Shown here: positions 9,243 to 18,275 of the stretch, piece by piece
How the letters are laid out: the number at the start of each line of letters is the position of its first letter
Numbering within the stretch: the stretch's first letter is position 1
Assembly (NCBI GenBank): GCA_963805975.1
Contig: CAWDVR010000001.1
Location: 480,001 to 544,000, forward strand
From: an uncultured Acidobacteriota bacterium
GTDB lineage: Bacteria > Acidobacteriota > Thermoanaerobaculia > Multivoradales > SZUA-115
Reading direction: 5' to 3'
Length of the DNA: 64,000 nucleotides
The notes under the pieces: model-generated
What the model saw: only the letters and a program-made list of their open reading frames with translations
What the model was told of the DNA's origin: nothing
The model's database searches: none
Made by a program: the position numbers and the translations under genes

Positions 9243-10109
9243 ATGCGCTCGACTCCACCCCGCCTGCTCACCATCGCCGGCTCGGACTCGGGCGGCGGCG
9301 CCGGCATCCAGGCCGATCTCAAGACCTTCGCCGCCCACGGTGTCTTCGGCATGAGCGCGATCACCGCGATCACCGCCCAGAACACGCGGCGGGTGACGGC
9401 GGTGGCCGCGGTGGATCCCGAGATGGTGGCGGCGCAGATCGACGCGGTGTTCGACGACATCGGCGTCGACGCGGTGAAGATCGGCATGCTGGCGAGCGCG
9501 CCGATCGTCGCCGCGGTGGCCGGTCGCCTCGCGGCCTGGCGGGCCCGGGGCGCCGCGCCGCCCGTGGTGCTCGACCCCGTGATGGTCGCCAAGAGCGGCG
9601 ACCCGCTGCTGGCCGACGACGCCGTCGAAGCGATCCTCTCGCAGCTCCTGCCGCTCGCGACCCTCGTCACCCCCAACCTGCCCGAGGCCCGGCGCATGAC
9701 CGGTCTCGGGAGCGCCAGCGAGCCGGAGCGCGAGCGCCTGGCGCTGGCGCTCGCCGCGCGCGGCCCCGCGGTGCTGATCAAGGGCGGCCACGGCGACGGG
9801 GACGAGCTGGTGGACCTGCTCTGGGACGGCGCGCGCTTCCACCGCTTCGCCGGGCCGCGGCTCGCGACCTCGTCCACCCACGGTACCGGCTGCACGCTGT
9901 CCTCGGCCATCGCCGCCCGGCTGGCCCTGGGGGAGGAGCTGCCCGCGGCGGTCGGCGGCGCCATCGCCTACCTGCGCGCCGCGATCGCCGCCGCCTTCCC
10001 ACTGGGCGGCGGTCACGGTCCCGTGAATCACTTCTACCGAATGAACGCCTCCGAGCCCGACCCCCGTCATTCCCGCGAAAGCGGGAATCCATCTGTGGCC
10101 GCGCCATGA
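9243..10109 (+). CDS. thiD: hydroxymethylpyrimidine/phosphomethylpyrimidine kinase
   Basis: [51 protein letters not shown]. Confidence 0.95.
   Translation: MRSTPPRLLTIAGSDSGGGAGIQADLKTFAAHGVFGMSAITAITAQNTRRVTAVAAVDPEMVAAQIDAVFDDIGVDAVKIGMLASAPIVAAVAGRLAAWRARGAAPPVVLDPVMVAKSGDPLLADDAVEAILSQLLPLATLVTPNLPEARRMTGLGSASEPERERLALALAARGPAVLIKGGHGDGDELVDLLWDGARFHRFAGPRLATSSTHGTGCTLSSAIAARLALGEELPAAVGGAIAYLRAAIAAAFPLGGGHGPVNHFYRMNASEPDPRHSRESGNPSVAAP
10065..10091 (+). repeat. CGTC-family REP palindrome within the thiD 3' end
   Basis: CGTC-ATTCCCGC-GAAA-GCGGGAAT-CCA. Confidence 0.8.
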
Positions 10110-11122
10110 GCACCCTGGACCTGCTGATCGTGGGCGCCGGCCCGACCGGCATCGCCATCGGCGCCGCGGCCCGCGCCGCGGGGCTCGCGGCCCTCTGCGT
10201 CGACCGCGGCGGCCTGGCCGCGGCGATCAACGCCTACCCGACCGAGCTCTTGTTCTTCACCACCCGCGAGCGCCTGGAGATCGCCGGCGTGCCCTTCGCC
10301 ATCCCGGAGGACAAGCCCAACCGCCGCCAGGCGCTCGCCTACTACCGCGAGGTGGTGCGCGCCTGCCGGGTGCCGCTGGCGCTCTACGAAGAGGTGCGGT
10401 CGGTGCGCCCCGAGGGCGGGGGCTTCGCCGTGGAGACAGTGAAGGACGGCTTCCCGCGCTGCTACAGCGCGCGTGCCGTGGCCATCGCGACGGGCTACTT
10501 CTTCTGGCCGCGCCGCCTGGGCGTGCCCGGCGAGGATCTGCCCTGGGTCCATGCCCACTACCGCGAGCCCTATCCGCACGTGGCCCAGGACGTGGTGGTG
10601 GTGGGCGGCGGCAACACGGCGGTCGAGACGGCTCTCGACCTCTTCCGGGGTGGTGCGCGGGTGACCCTCGTGCACCGCCGCGCCCTGGTCAAAGGCAGCA
10701 TCAAGTACTGGCTCAAGCCGGACTTCGACCATCGGGTGGAGGAGGGCTCGATCACGGCCCGCATGGAGACCCGCGTGGTGGCCTTCCACCCGGCGACGGA
10801 AGGCGGCCGGTCGACGGTCGAGCTCGAAGGGCCCCCAGGCCCAGCGGCCGGGGCGGGTCGCGAGCGGCTACCGGCGGACGCCGTCTACGTGCTGATCGGC
10901 TACCGGCCGGACATGTCGCTCCTGACCGGTGCCGGCGCCGAGATCGACGCCGAGACCCTGATCCCGGCCTGCGCCCCCGAGACCTGCGAGACCAACGTCC
11001 CCGGCCTCTACGTCGCCGGCACCCTCCAGGCCGGCCGGGCCACGGACAAGATCTTCATCGAGAACTCGCGCGACCACGGCCCCAAGATCGCCCGCCACCT
11101 CGCGGCCCGGCTCCGCGGCTGA
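10106..11122 (+). CDS. ypdA: YpdA-family FAD/NAD(P)H oxidoreductase (putative bacillithiol disulfide reductase)
   Basis: GAGPTG, YPTELLFFTTRERLEI, KPNRRQALAYYR, HYREPYP, KYWLKPDF, IFIENSRDHG; no CxxC. Confidence 0.85.
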   Translation: MSTLDLLIVGAGPTGIAIGAAARAAGLAALCVDRGGLAAAINAYPTELLFFTTRERLEIAGVPFAIPEDKPNRRQALAYYREVVRACRVPLALYEEVRSVRPEGGGFAVETVKDGFPRCYSARAVAIATGYFFWPRRLGVPGEDLPWVHAHYREPYPHVAQDVVVVGGGNTAVETALDLFRGGARVTLVHRRALVKGSIKYWLKPDFDHRVEEGSITARMETRVVAFHPATEGGRSTVELEGPPGPAAGAGRERLPADAVYVLIGYRPDMSLLTGAGAEIDAETLIPACAPETCETNVPGLYVAGTLQAGRATDKIFIENSRDHGPKIARHLAARLRG

Positions 11123-11258
11123 CCTCCTGCCCGGCCTGCCAGCTAGGCCTCTGGTACTTCGGTCCCGGGACCGACTACACCTGCCGGTCCGCAGCAGAGT
11201 CGAATAGTTTGAAGATCTCTACGTAATCGAAGAAGATCTACAGTTCAGGGAGGAGCGA

Positions 11259-12899
11259 ATGAGGAGAGCTGCCTGGATTGCCGCGGTGGCGGTGCTGGCG
11301 ATCGGATGGCTGGTGCCGGGCATGGCGCAGCAGGCTCCTGCCCCCGGTCTGTTCGGGGAGACGGTGGAAGTTCGGCTGGTGAACATCGAGGTGGTGGTCG
11401 AGGACCGCCGGGGCGAGCGGGTCGAGGGCCTCGGGCCCGAAGATTTCCGGCTGCTGGTGGATGGCAAGGAAGTGGAGATCGGCAATTTCTCCGAGGTGCG
11501 CGCGGGCGAGGTGGCCCTTCCCGCGGAGGTTCAGACCGAAGGGACTCGGCCCGAATCGAGCCCGGCGCCGGTGGTCGAGGGTCGGGTTGCCACTCGCTAC
11601 CTGGTGTTCATCGACGACTTCTTCTCGGTGCCCGTCCACCGGAACCTGGTGCTCGAGAAGGTGGGCGAGCAAATCAAGGCGCTGGCGCCCGGCGACACCA
11701 TGGCCTTCGTCGGTTTCGACGGCCGCAAGCTCGAGGTGATCGCCGACTGGACGGCCTCGCCATCGGAACTGCTGGCGGCAATCGACAAGGCCAGGGCCCG
11801 CCGCTCCTACGGTGTGCTGCAGCGGGTCCGCCGCACCAGCCTGATCGACGATCCCGGCGCCGGCGAGGCGCTGGAGCTGCCGCAATGGGTGCCCCAGGAC
11901 CTGAAGCTCAACGTGGCCCAGCGCGGCTACGCCGCAGAACTGCGGCAGCATCTGCGGAACACGATCAGCGCGGCGCGTACAGCGATGCGCGCACTGTCGG
12001 GCGTCGAGGGCCGTAAAGTGTTGCTGCTGCTCTCCGGTGGCTGGCCCTACTCGATGCAAGAGGCCGCGGGAGCGCTCACCACGTTCTCGGAGGCCGGCCT
12101 CGAGCAGGGTGACGAGCTGTATCAGCCGCTCATCGACGCCGCCAACCTCCTGGGCTTCACTATCTATCCCGTCGATGTGCCGGGCCTCGCCGGCAGCGGG
12201 CCGGAGCCCGCGCTGGGCCCCGGCTCGCCGAGCGCACCCTCGCTGATCGCCGAGTCCAACCTCGACTCCACTCTTTCCTTCATCGCGAAGGAAACCGGCG
12301 GCACCGCCATGCTCAACTCGCTGCGCGACAATGCGCTCGAGGCCGCGGCCCAGGACACCCGCTCCTACTACTGGCTGGGCTTCATGCCGGAGAGGAGGCG
12401 CGACGACCGCCAGCACGAGGTCGAGGTCCGGATGCGCGACCGCTCGCTCGATGCCCGCTTTCGCCGCAGCTTTCACGACCTCTCGCGAGGAGCCGAGATG
12501 TCGATGCGGGTCGAGGGCGCGCTGCTCCTCGGCCAGGCGCCGAGCAGCCGGCTGCTCCCGGTCAAGATGGGAGAAGTGAGCAAAGGCCGTGGCAACAAGA
12601 TGAAGGTGCCCATCCTGGTCGGGATCCCGGTCGACGAGGTCACCATCCTGAAGATCGGCGACGAGTACGTGGCCGAGCTGGAGCTCCGCGTCGGTGCTCT
12701 CGACTCGCGGGCCAACATGTCGCCGGTGCAGACGACTCCCATCCGCCTGGCCTCGAAGACCCAGCCGCAGGCCGGCAAGCTGGTGCGCTACGACACCACT
12801 CTCGAGCTGTGGAAGGAGCCGCACGACCTCGTGATCGCGCTCTTCGACCCGGCGACCGGCAAGCTGTTGTCGACGCGCGTGAGCGTGGTCCCTCCATAG
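11259..12899 (+). CDS. secreted Acidobacterial VWFA-related domain protein (paralogue 1)
   Basis: Signal peptide; VEVRLVNIEVVVEDRRGERVEGLGPEDF; GRKVLLLLSGG; IYPVDVPGL; ETGG; YYWLGF. Confidence 0.85.
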   Translation: MRRAAWIAAVAVLAIGWLVPGMAQQAPAPGLFGETVEVRLVNIEVVVEDRRGERVEGLGPEDFRLLVDGKEVEIGNFSEVRAGEVALPAEVQTEGTRPESSPAPVVEGRVATRYLVFIDDFFSVPVHRNLVLEKVGEQIKALAPGDTMAFVGFDGRKLEVIADWTASPSELLAAIDKARARRSYGVLQRVRRTSLIDDPGAGEALELPQWVPQDLKLNVAQRGYAAELRQHLRNTISAARTAMRALSGVEGRKVLLLLSGGWPYSMQEAAGALTTFSEAGLEQGDELYQPLIDAANLLGFTIYPVDVPGLAGSGPEPALGPGSPSAPSLIAESNLDSTLSFIAKETGGTAMLNSLRDNALEAAAQDTRSYYWLGFMPERRRDDRQHEVEVRMRDRSLDARFRRSFHDLSRGAEMSMRVEGALLLGQAPSSRLLPVKMGEVSKGRGNKMKVPILVGIPVDEVTILKIGDEYVAELELRVGALDSRANMSPVQTTPIRLASKTQPQAGKLVRYDTTLELWKEPHDLVIALFDPATGKLLSTRVSVVPP

Positions 12900-13027
12900 A
12901 GCCTGCCGGGAGCGGTCGAGGCCCGGCACGGATGTTGCTGCTGTCCTCCTCGTACTACGATGGCTGCGGCGGGCCCGCCGTGACCTTCCGGCCGCTCCTT
13001 CAACCCGCTCTAACCGAGGTTCACGAT

Positions 13028-14698
13028 ATGAGCTCATCGCAACATCCCCTTCGTCTCGCGCGGCGCGCGGCCCTGTTCCTGCCGGCTCTGGCGCTCGTGC
13101 TGGTGACGCCGGCGCTCACGGCACAGGACGAGCCCGCCCCCGGGATCTTCAGCGAGGTCATCGACGTCCGGGTCGTCAACCTGGAGGCGGTGGTGACCGA
13201 CCGGGCGGGCAACCGGGTCTCCGGCCTGAAGCCGGAAGACTTCGAGCTGACCGTCGACGGCAAGCCGGTGCCGATCGAGTACTTCAACGAGGTGTCGGGC
13301 GGCGTGGTCGCCGACCCGGGAGCCCAGACCGTGGCCGAAGGCTTGCCGACCCTGGTGCCGGGCAAGCCGGTCTCCACCAGCTATCTGGTGTTCATCGACG
13401 ACTACTTCCCCCTCGAGCGCGACCGCAACCGGGTGCTCGGCGCGCTGCGCGCCGAGCTGCCGCTGCTCAACCCCGAGGACCGCATGGCGGTGGTTTCCTT
13501 CGACGGCAAGCGCCCCACCATGCTGACCAGCTGGAGCCAGTCGCAGGCGGCGCTCGAGCGGGCGCTCAAGGAGGCCGAGCGCCGTCCCGCCTACGGCCTG
13601 CAGCGGCTCGCCGACCAGCGCCGCTACGGGGCGAGCCGCGGCTTCGCGACCATCGACCGCGTGCGCTTTCCCGAGACCGGCTTCGGCCGCCGGCTGTCGG
13701 CCGAGGAACGCGACTATGCGCGCCTGCTCACCGAACAGCTCGAGGACGTGGTGGGCGCGGCTTCCGCCACCCTGCGCAGCTTCGCGCAGCCGCCGGGCCG
13801 CAAGGTGATGCTGCTGCTCTCCGGCGGCTGGCCCTTCGATCCCACCCAGATGGCGGCCGAGGACCGCAGCTCGCCGGTGCTCGACACCGAGTTCGACCGC
13901 GGCTTCGAGATCTACAAGCCGTTGTCGGACACCGCCAACCTCCTGGGCTACACCCTCTACCCGATCGACGTCCCCGGACTGCAGGAGGGCGGCGCGGACG
14001 CCAGCGCCATGGCTCCCACGGCGCTCGCACCGCTCAGCTCGGCCGAGCAGGAGGCGCACGGCTCGCTGACCTACCTCGCCTCGCGCACCGGCGGCCAGGC
14101 GCTGCTCAACGCCCGCCGCGTGCAGCCCCTCGGCGTCACCGCCTCCGACACCCGTTCCTACTACTGGATCGGCTTCTCGCCCACGCGTCAACGCGACGAC
14201 AAGCCACACCGCATCAAGCTCGACGTGGTGAAGCGCGGGCTGTCGCTGCGTACCCGCGGCGGCTATCTCGATTTCTCGCGCCAGGCCGAGGTGACGGCGA
14301 TGGTGGAGAGCTCGCTGCTCTTCGGCTCGGGGCCGATGGCCGGCACGCTGCCGGTCGAGGTGGGGGCCGTCAAGCGCAACGGCGGCAAGATGGAGGTGCC
14401 GATCAAAGTCGCGATCCCGGCCGGTGCGGTCACCGTGCTGCCGGTGGGCGACCGTTTCGTGGCCGAGGCCGAGCTGCGCATCGCGGTGATCGACGAGGAC
14501 GGCAACCAGGCCAGGATCCCGGTCATCCCCCTGAAGCTCGACACCAAGGAGACGCCACAGGAGGGCGGCATGTACGGCTACCAGACCAGCCTCAAGCTGC
14601 GCAACAAGAAGCACGAGGCGGTGATCGCGCTCTACGACCCGGCGAGCGGGCGCCTCTTGTCCACCCGGGTCGCCATCAACCCGCAAGCGAAGCCGTGA
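13028..14698 (+). CDS. secreted Acidobacterial VWFA-related domain protein (paralogue 2)
   Basis: ATG 13028 after GAGGT; IDVRVVNLEAVVTDRAGNRVSGLKPEDF; GRKVMLLLSGG; YYWIGF. Confidence 0.85.
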   Translation: MSSSQHPLRLARRAALFLPALALVLVTPALTAQDEPAPGIFSEVIDVRVVNLEAVVTDRAGNRVSGLKPEDFELTVDGKPVPIEYFNEVSGGVVADPGAQTVAEGLPTLVPGKPVSTSYLVFIDDYFPLERDRNRVLGALRAELPLLNPEDRMAVVSFDGKRPTMLTSWSQSQAALERALKEAERRPAYGLQRLADQRRYGASRGFATIDRVRFPETGFGRRLSAEERDYARLLTEQLEDVVGAASATLRSFAQPPGRKVMLLLSGGWPFDPTQMAAEDRSSPVLDTEFDRGFEIYKPLSDTANLLGYTLYPIDVPGLQEGGADASAMAPTALAPLSSAEQEAHGSLTYLASRTGGQALLNARRVQPLGVTASDTRSYYWIGFSPTRQRDDKPHRIKLDVVKRGLSLRTRGGYLDFSRQAEVTAMVESSLLFGSGPMAGTLPVEVGAVKRNGGKMEVPIKVAIPAGAVTVLPVGDRFVAEAELRIAVIDEDGNQARIPVIPLKLDTKETPQEGGMYGYQTSLKLRNKKHEAVIALYDPASGRLLSTRVAINPQAKP

Positions 14699-14745
14699 AT
14701 GCCCCGCCGTATAATCACCGGGTGAAATCACCCGCGAGGATCTCT

Positions 14746-16461
14746 ATGACCCGATCTGTCCGCCGCTCCGCCCTGGCCGCCATCTGCGGTGGCCTTGCCT
14801 TGTCACTCCTCTGGCCTCCCGCCTTCGCCGCCAAGGAGCCCGCGCCCAAGCCGGAGGAGCCGGGAAGCTTCGTCGACACGGTCAACGTGGCGGTGGTCAA
14901 CGTCGACGTCTTCGTCACCGACAAGAAGGGCAACCGCGTCTCGGGCCTGACCCGCGACGACTTCGAGATTTTCGAGGGCGGGCGCCCGATCGCGGTCAGC
15001 AACTTCTCGGTGGTGCAGGGCGGGAAGCTCTTCCGGCTCGACGGGCCCGGAGACGGTGCGGAGGCGGCGCCGGCCGCCGGTCTGGCGCCGGCCGAGGTCA
15101 CCGAGGACCAGCGCCTGCACTTGGTGGTCTACGTCGACAACTACAACATCCAGCCGTTCAACCGCAACCGCGTGCTGCGGGAGCTGCGCGACTTTCTGCG
15201 TTCCCAGCTCGACCGCGAGGACCGGGTGATGCTGGTGAGCTACGACCGCTCGCTCCACGTGCGGCATCCCTGGACCTCGGACCCGGCGGTGGTGGCCTCG
15301 GCGCTGCAGGATCTCGAGACCCTCTCCGGCAACGCGGTCAGCCGCGAGTCCGACCGCCGCGACGCCCTCGACCGCATCGAGGAGTCGGAGAACGCCTACT
15401 CCGCGAGCTCCTTCGCCCGCAGCTACGCGAGCAACATCTACAACGACCTCAACTTCTCGATCGACGCCCTGCGTGACACCATCAACGGCCTGGCCGGCAT
15501 GCCGGGCCGCAAGGCCGTGCTCTACGTCTCCGAAGGCCTGCCGATGGTCGCCGGCGAGGACCTGTTCCAGGCCGTGCAGATGAAGTTCGCCGAGCAGACC
15601 AGCATGACCGACGCCTTCGAGTTCGACGCCTCGCGCCGTTTCAGGGAGCTGACGGCGACCGCCAACGCCAACCGCGTCACTTTCTACACCATCGACGCCG
15701 GGGGCCTGCGCACCATGGGCCTCGGCGACGCCTCGCGCCAGTCGAACTCCGCCGGCTTCGCCGGCACCTCGACGATGATCGAGCAGGTCTACGTCTCCAA
15801 CCTGCAGAGCCCGCTGCTGCGCCTGGCCGAGGACACCGGGGGCAAGGCGATCATCAATGCCAACCGCGTGGGCGAGCACCTGACCCAGATCGCCGCCGAC
15901 TTCGACAACTACTACTCGCTGGGCTACCAGCCGGCCCACTTCGGCGACGGCCGCTTCTACAAGATCGAGGTCAAGGTCAAGGGAAAGAAGGGCGAGTACC
16001 TGGTACGGCACCGCGAGGGCTATCGCGACAAGGCGCCGTCGGTGATGATGGCGGACGGCACCCTGTCCGCGCTCCTGCACGGATTCGCCACCAACCCTCT
16101 GGGCCTCAAGCTGGACTTCGGCGAGCAGTCGCGCAACGACAACGGCCAGTACCTGGTGCCCATCCGGGTCAGCATCCCGATCGGCAAGGTGGTGCTGGTG
16201 CCGAGCGAGACCGCGCACGTGGCCAGGCTCAAGCTCTTCGTCGCCGCCATGGACGCCGAGGGCGGCATGTCCGAGGTGCAGGAACAGCCAGTGCCGATCA
16301 GCGTCACGCCCGCCGACCTCGAGCGCGCGCGCCAGCAGTACTACCTCTACTCGGTGAGCCTGCTGATGCGCAAGGGAGCGCACCGCGTGGCAGTCGGCCT
16401 GCGCGACGACGTGGGGGCCGACGCCTCGTTCGTCACCGCCAGCGTCACGGTGGGCCAGTGA
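14746..16461 (+). CDS. secreted Acidobacterial VWFA-related domain protein (paralogue 3; alternative start GTG 14722)
   Basis: VNVAVVNVDVFVTDKKGNRVSGLTRDDF; GRKAVLYVSEG; EDTGG; YYSLGY; VRHREGY. Confidence 0.85.
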   Translation: MTRSVRRSALAAICGGLALSLLWPPAFAAKEPAPKPEEPGSFVDTVNVAVVNVDVFVTDKKGNRVSGLTRDDFEIFEGGRPIAVSNFSVVQGGKLFRLDGPGDGAEAAPAAGLAPAEVTEDQRLHLVVYVDNYNIQPFNRNRVLRELRDFLRSQLDREDRVMLVSYDRSLHVRHPWTSDPAVVASALQDLETLSGNAVSRESDRRDALDRIEESENAYSASSFARSYASNIYNDLNFSIDALRDTINGLAGMPGRKAVLYVSEGLPMVAGEDLFQAVQMKFAEQTSMTDAFEFDASRRFRELTATANANRVTFYTIDAGGLRTMGLGDASRQSNSAGFAGTSTMIEQVYVSNLQSPLLRLAEDTGGKAIINANRVGEHLTQIAADFDNYYSLGYQPAHFGDGRFYKIEVKVKGKKGEYLVRHREGYRDKAPSVMMADGTLSALLHGFATNPLGLKLDFGEQSRNDNGQYLVPIRVSIPIGKVVLVPSETAHVARLKLFVAAMDAEGGMSEVQEQPVPISVTPADLERARQQYYLYSVSLLMRKGAHRVAVGLRDDVGADASFVTASVTVGQ

Positions 16462-16916
16462 TGGAGGGCGAGCGCACGGGTTGGATCTTCCTGTCGCGCG
16501 AGCTCGCGGCCGACCTGCTCGAGCTGGCGGACGCCGAGATCGACGCCGCGCGGCAGGAGATGGGCACGGTGGGCCGACGCGCCGTCAAGGCGGTGCTCTT
16601 CCTGCTCGCCGCCCTCTGCATCGTCTTCTGGCTGGTGGCGCTCCTCGCCTACGTCCTGGTGGCGGTCGCCGATCTCTGGCTGCCGACTTGGGGCGCCGGC
16701 CTCGCCGTCGCCGGCCTCTTCGCCCTGCTCGCGGCGGTCTTCGTCTGGATCGCCGTGGCGCAGGTCAAGAAGCTCGACAACCCGGTCGACATCCTCGTCC
16801 GCCGGCTGCGCGAGCACCTCGCCTGGTGGCGTCGCGAGGTCCGCCTGCGGCCCGCGCTGCCGCAGGCTCCCGAGGTGCCACGCGTGCGCGACGAGCCAAG
16901 GAGGGCAGCACCATGA
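16461..16916 (+). CDS. two-TM phage-holin-like (YqjE/DUF1469-type) membrane protein
   Basis: LADAEIDAARQEM followed by two TM helices. Confidence 0.6.
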   Translation: MEGERTGWIFLSRELAADLLELADAEIDAARQEMGTVGRRAVKAVLFLLAALCIVFWLVALLAYVLVAVADLWLPTWGAGLAVAGLFALLAAVFVWIAVAQVKKLDNPVDILVRRLREHLAWWRREVRLRPALPQAPEVPRVRDEPRRAAP

Positions 16917-17134
16917 GCGACCGGCTGGAGGAGACCCGCCGCCGAGTGCAGGCGCGGCTGATGGAGATCGGCGACGCCGCGGACCACGAGGTGAAGAAGG
17001 CGCAGCGTGTGCGCGACGCCGCTCTCGCCGTGGTCGGCGTCCTGGGCGTGCTCTTCACCACCCGCAAGGTCGCCAAGGCGATCTCGGGCCGGAAGAGCAA
17101 GAAGGACGTGCCGAAGGCGCGCGGCAAGCGCTAG
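16913..17134 (+). CDS. small basic membrane-anchored hypothetical protein
   Basis: ATG overlaps the upstream stop, RBS AAGGAGG; MSDRLEETRRRVQ...AALAVVGVLGVLF...KKDVPKARGKR. Confidence 0.7.
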   Translation: MSDRLEETRRRVQARLMEIGDAADHEVKKAQRVRDAALAVVGVLGVLFTTRKVAKAISGRKSKKDVPKARGKR

Positions 17135-17140
17135 GCGTTT

Positions 17141-17380
17141 TCAGCCCTCGATCGGCCGCTTGAAGATCATCGCCAGATTGTCGGTGGCGCCGGTCTTGAA
17201 GTTGACGGAAGTGAGGCCCACCAGCTCCCAGCCTTCTTCTCCCATCTCGTTGAGGAACTGGGCGGTGCTGCGTTCACCGGCGCCCTGGGCCGGGGGCGGC
17301 CAGATGCCGGAGCGGGCGTTGGGGTCCAGGCGGTAGTTCTCGCTGCGGGCGTTGACGATGCGGTACTCCCATTTCGTCAT
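17141..17380 (-). CDS. DUF4177 family protein
   Basis: MTKWEYRIV...LNEMGEEGWELVG...IFKRP signature; RBS GGAGG. Confidence 0.85.
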   Translation of the reverse strand: MTKWEYRIVNARSENYRLDPNARSGIWPPPAQGAGERSTAQFLNEMGEEGWELVGLTSVNFKTGATDNLAMIFKRPIEG

Positions 17381-17464
17381 GTGTCGCACCTCCCCTTCCG
17401 TCCACGGCCGGCAGAGCCCGAAACCGGCCCCACCGCGCCTTCACGCCCTTCATTGTAGCCACAA

Positions 17465-18259
17465 TCACCTGCGCCGCAAGAGGATATGGACGGCCGCGCC
17501 GCGGCCAACCGCCCAGGCGTCGGCGAGCGAAGCGCCGCGCAGCGCGAGCTCCAGGGTGGCGAGCGAACCGGGCAGGACCGCGGCCTTGCCGGGTGCCATT
17601 TCGGCGTAATGCGTGGCCCGCCGCTCCGTGGCATGGCCTCCCACCCGCGCTTCCAGGGCGAGGGCGCCGTCGAGCCACCCCGAGGGGATGTCGGTCACCA
17701 GGTTGCCGTAGCGGTCCACGTGCGCGACGCGGCCCTCGAGGCGCGCATCCGAGCGCCGCGGCGACGCAGGTGCGAGCCGCATGGCGTCCTCGATCCGTGG
17801 CCCGAGCGCGGCGACCCCGCCTCCGTCGAGCAGGAACGCCGCCACCGGCGCGAAGCGGTCGCGGCCGTGAAACGTCGAGCCCCTGGTCCCGAGATCGGGG
17901 GCCTCGAGGTAAAGGTCCGGCCGCTCGACGGCGTACACGGCTCCGCTGGCGAGAAACGGTGTCGCGAGCCCGTTGTCCGGTGCCAGCAGCACGCCGTGCG
18001 GGGTCTCGACGGCCAGCATCCGGCGCGCGCTGCCGACGCCGGGATCGACCACCGCGAGATGGAGCACGCCCGGGGGAAAGCTGGGGAGCGCCGCGGCCAG
18101 GAAGAAGGCGCACTCTTCGACGTCGCCGGGCGGGATCTCGTGCGAGAGGTCGACGAGCTGCGTTCCGGGAGCCAGGCGCAGCACCGTGCCCTTGACTGCG
18201 GCCACGTAGTAGTCGCGGCTGCCGAAGTCGGTGGTCAGGGTCAGGATGCGCGCGGCCAC
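17465..18259 (-). CDS. SAM hydroxide adenosyltransferase / chlorinase-fluorinase family (DUF62)
   Basis: TLTTDFG, VVDPGVGS, APDNG, STFHGRDRFAP, DRYGNLVT. Confidence 0.92.
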   Translation of the reverse strand: MAARILTLTTDFGSRDYYVAAVKGTVLRLAPGTQLVDLSHEIPPGDVEECAFFLAAALPSFPPGVLHLAVVDPGVGSARRMLAVETPHGVLLAPDNGLATPFLASGAVYAVERPDLYLEAPDLGTRGSTFHGRDRFAPVAAFLLDGGGVAALGPRIEDAMRLAPASPRRSDARLEGRVAHVDRYGNLVTDIPSGWLDGALALEARVGGHATERRATHYAEMAPGKAAVLPGSLATLELALRGASLADAWAVGRGAAVHILLRRR

Positions 18260-18275
18260 CGGGTATGATCCTTTC

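Noticed and set aside
16461-17134. Holin-like gene as evidence of a prophage
   Set aside because: No phage genes nearby; YqjE/DUF1469-type proteins with a small partner are ordinary chromosomal membrane proteins.
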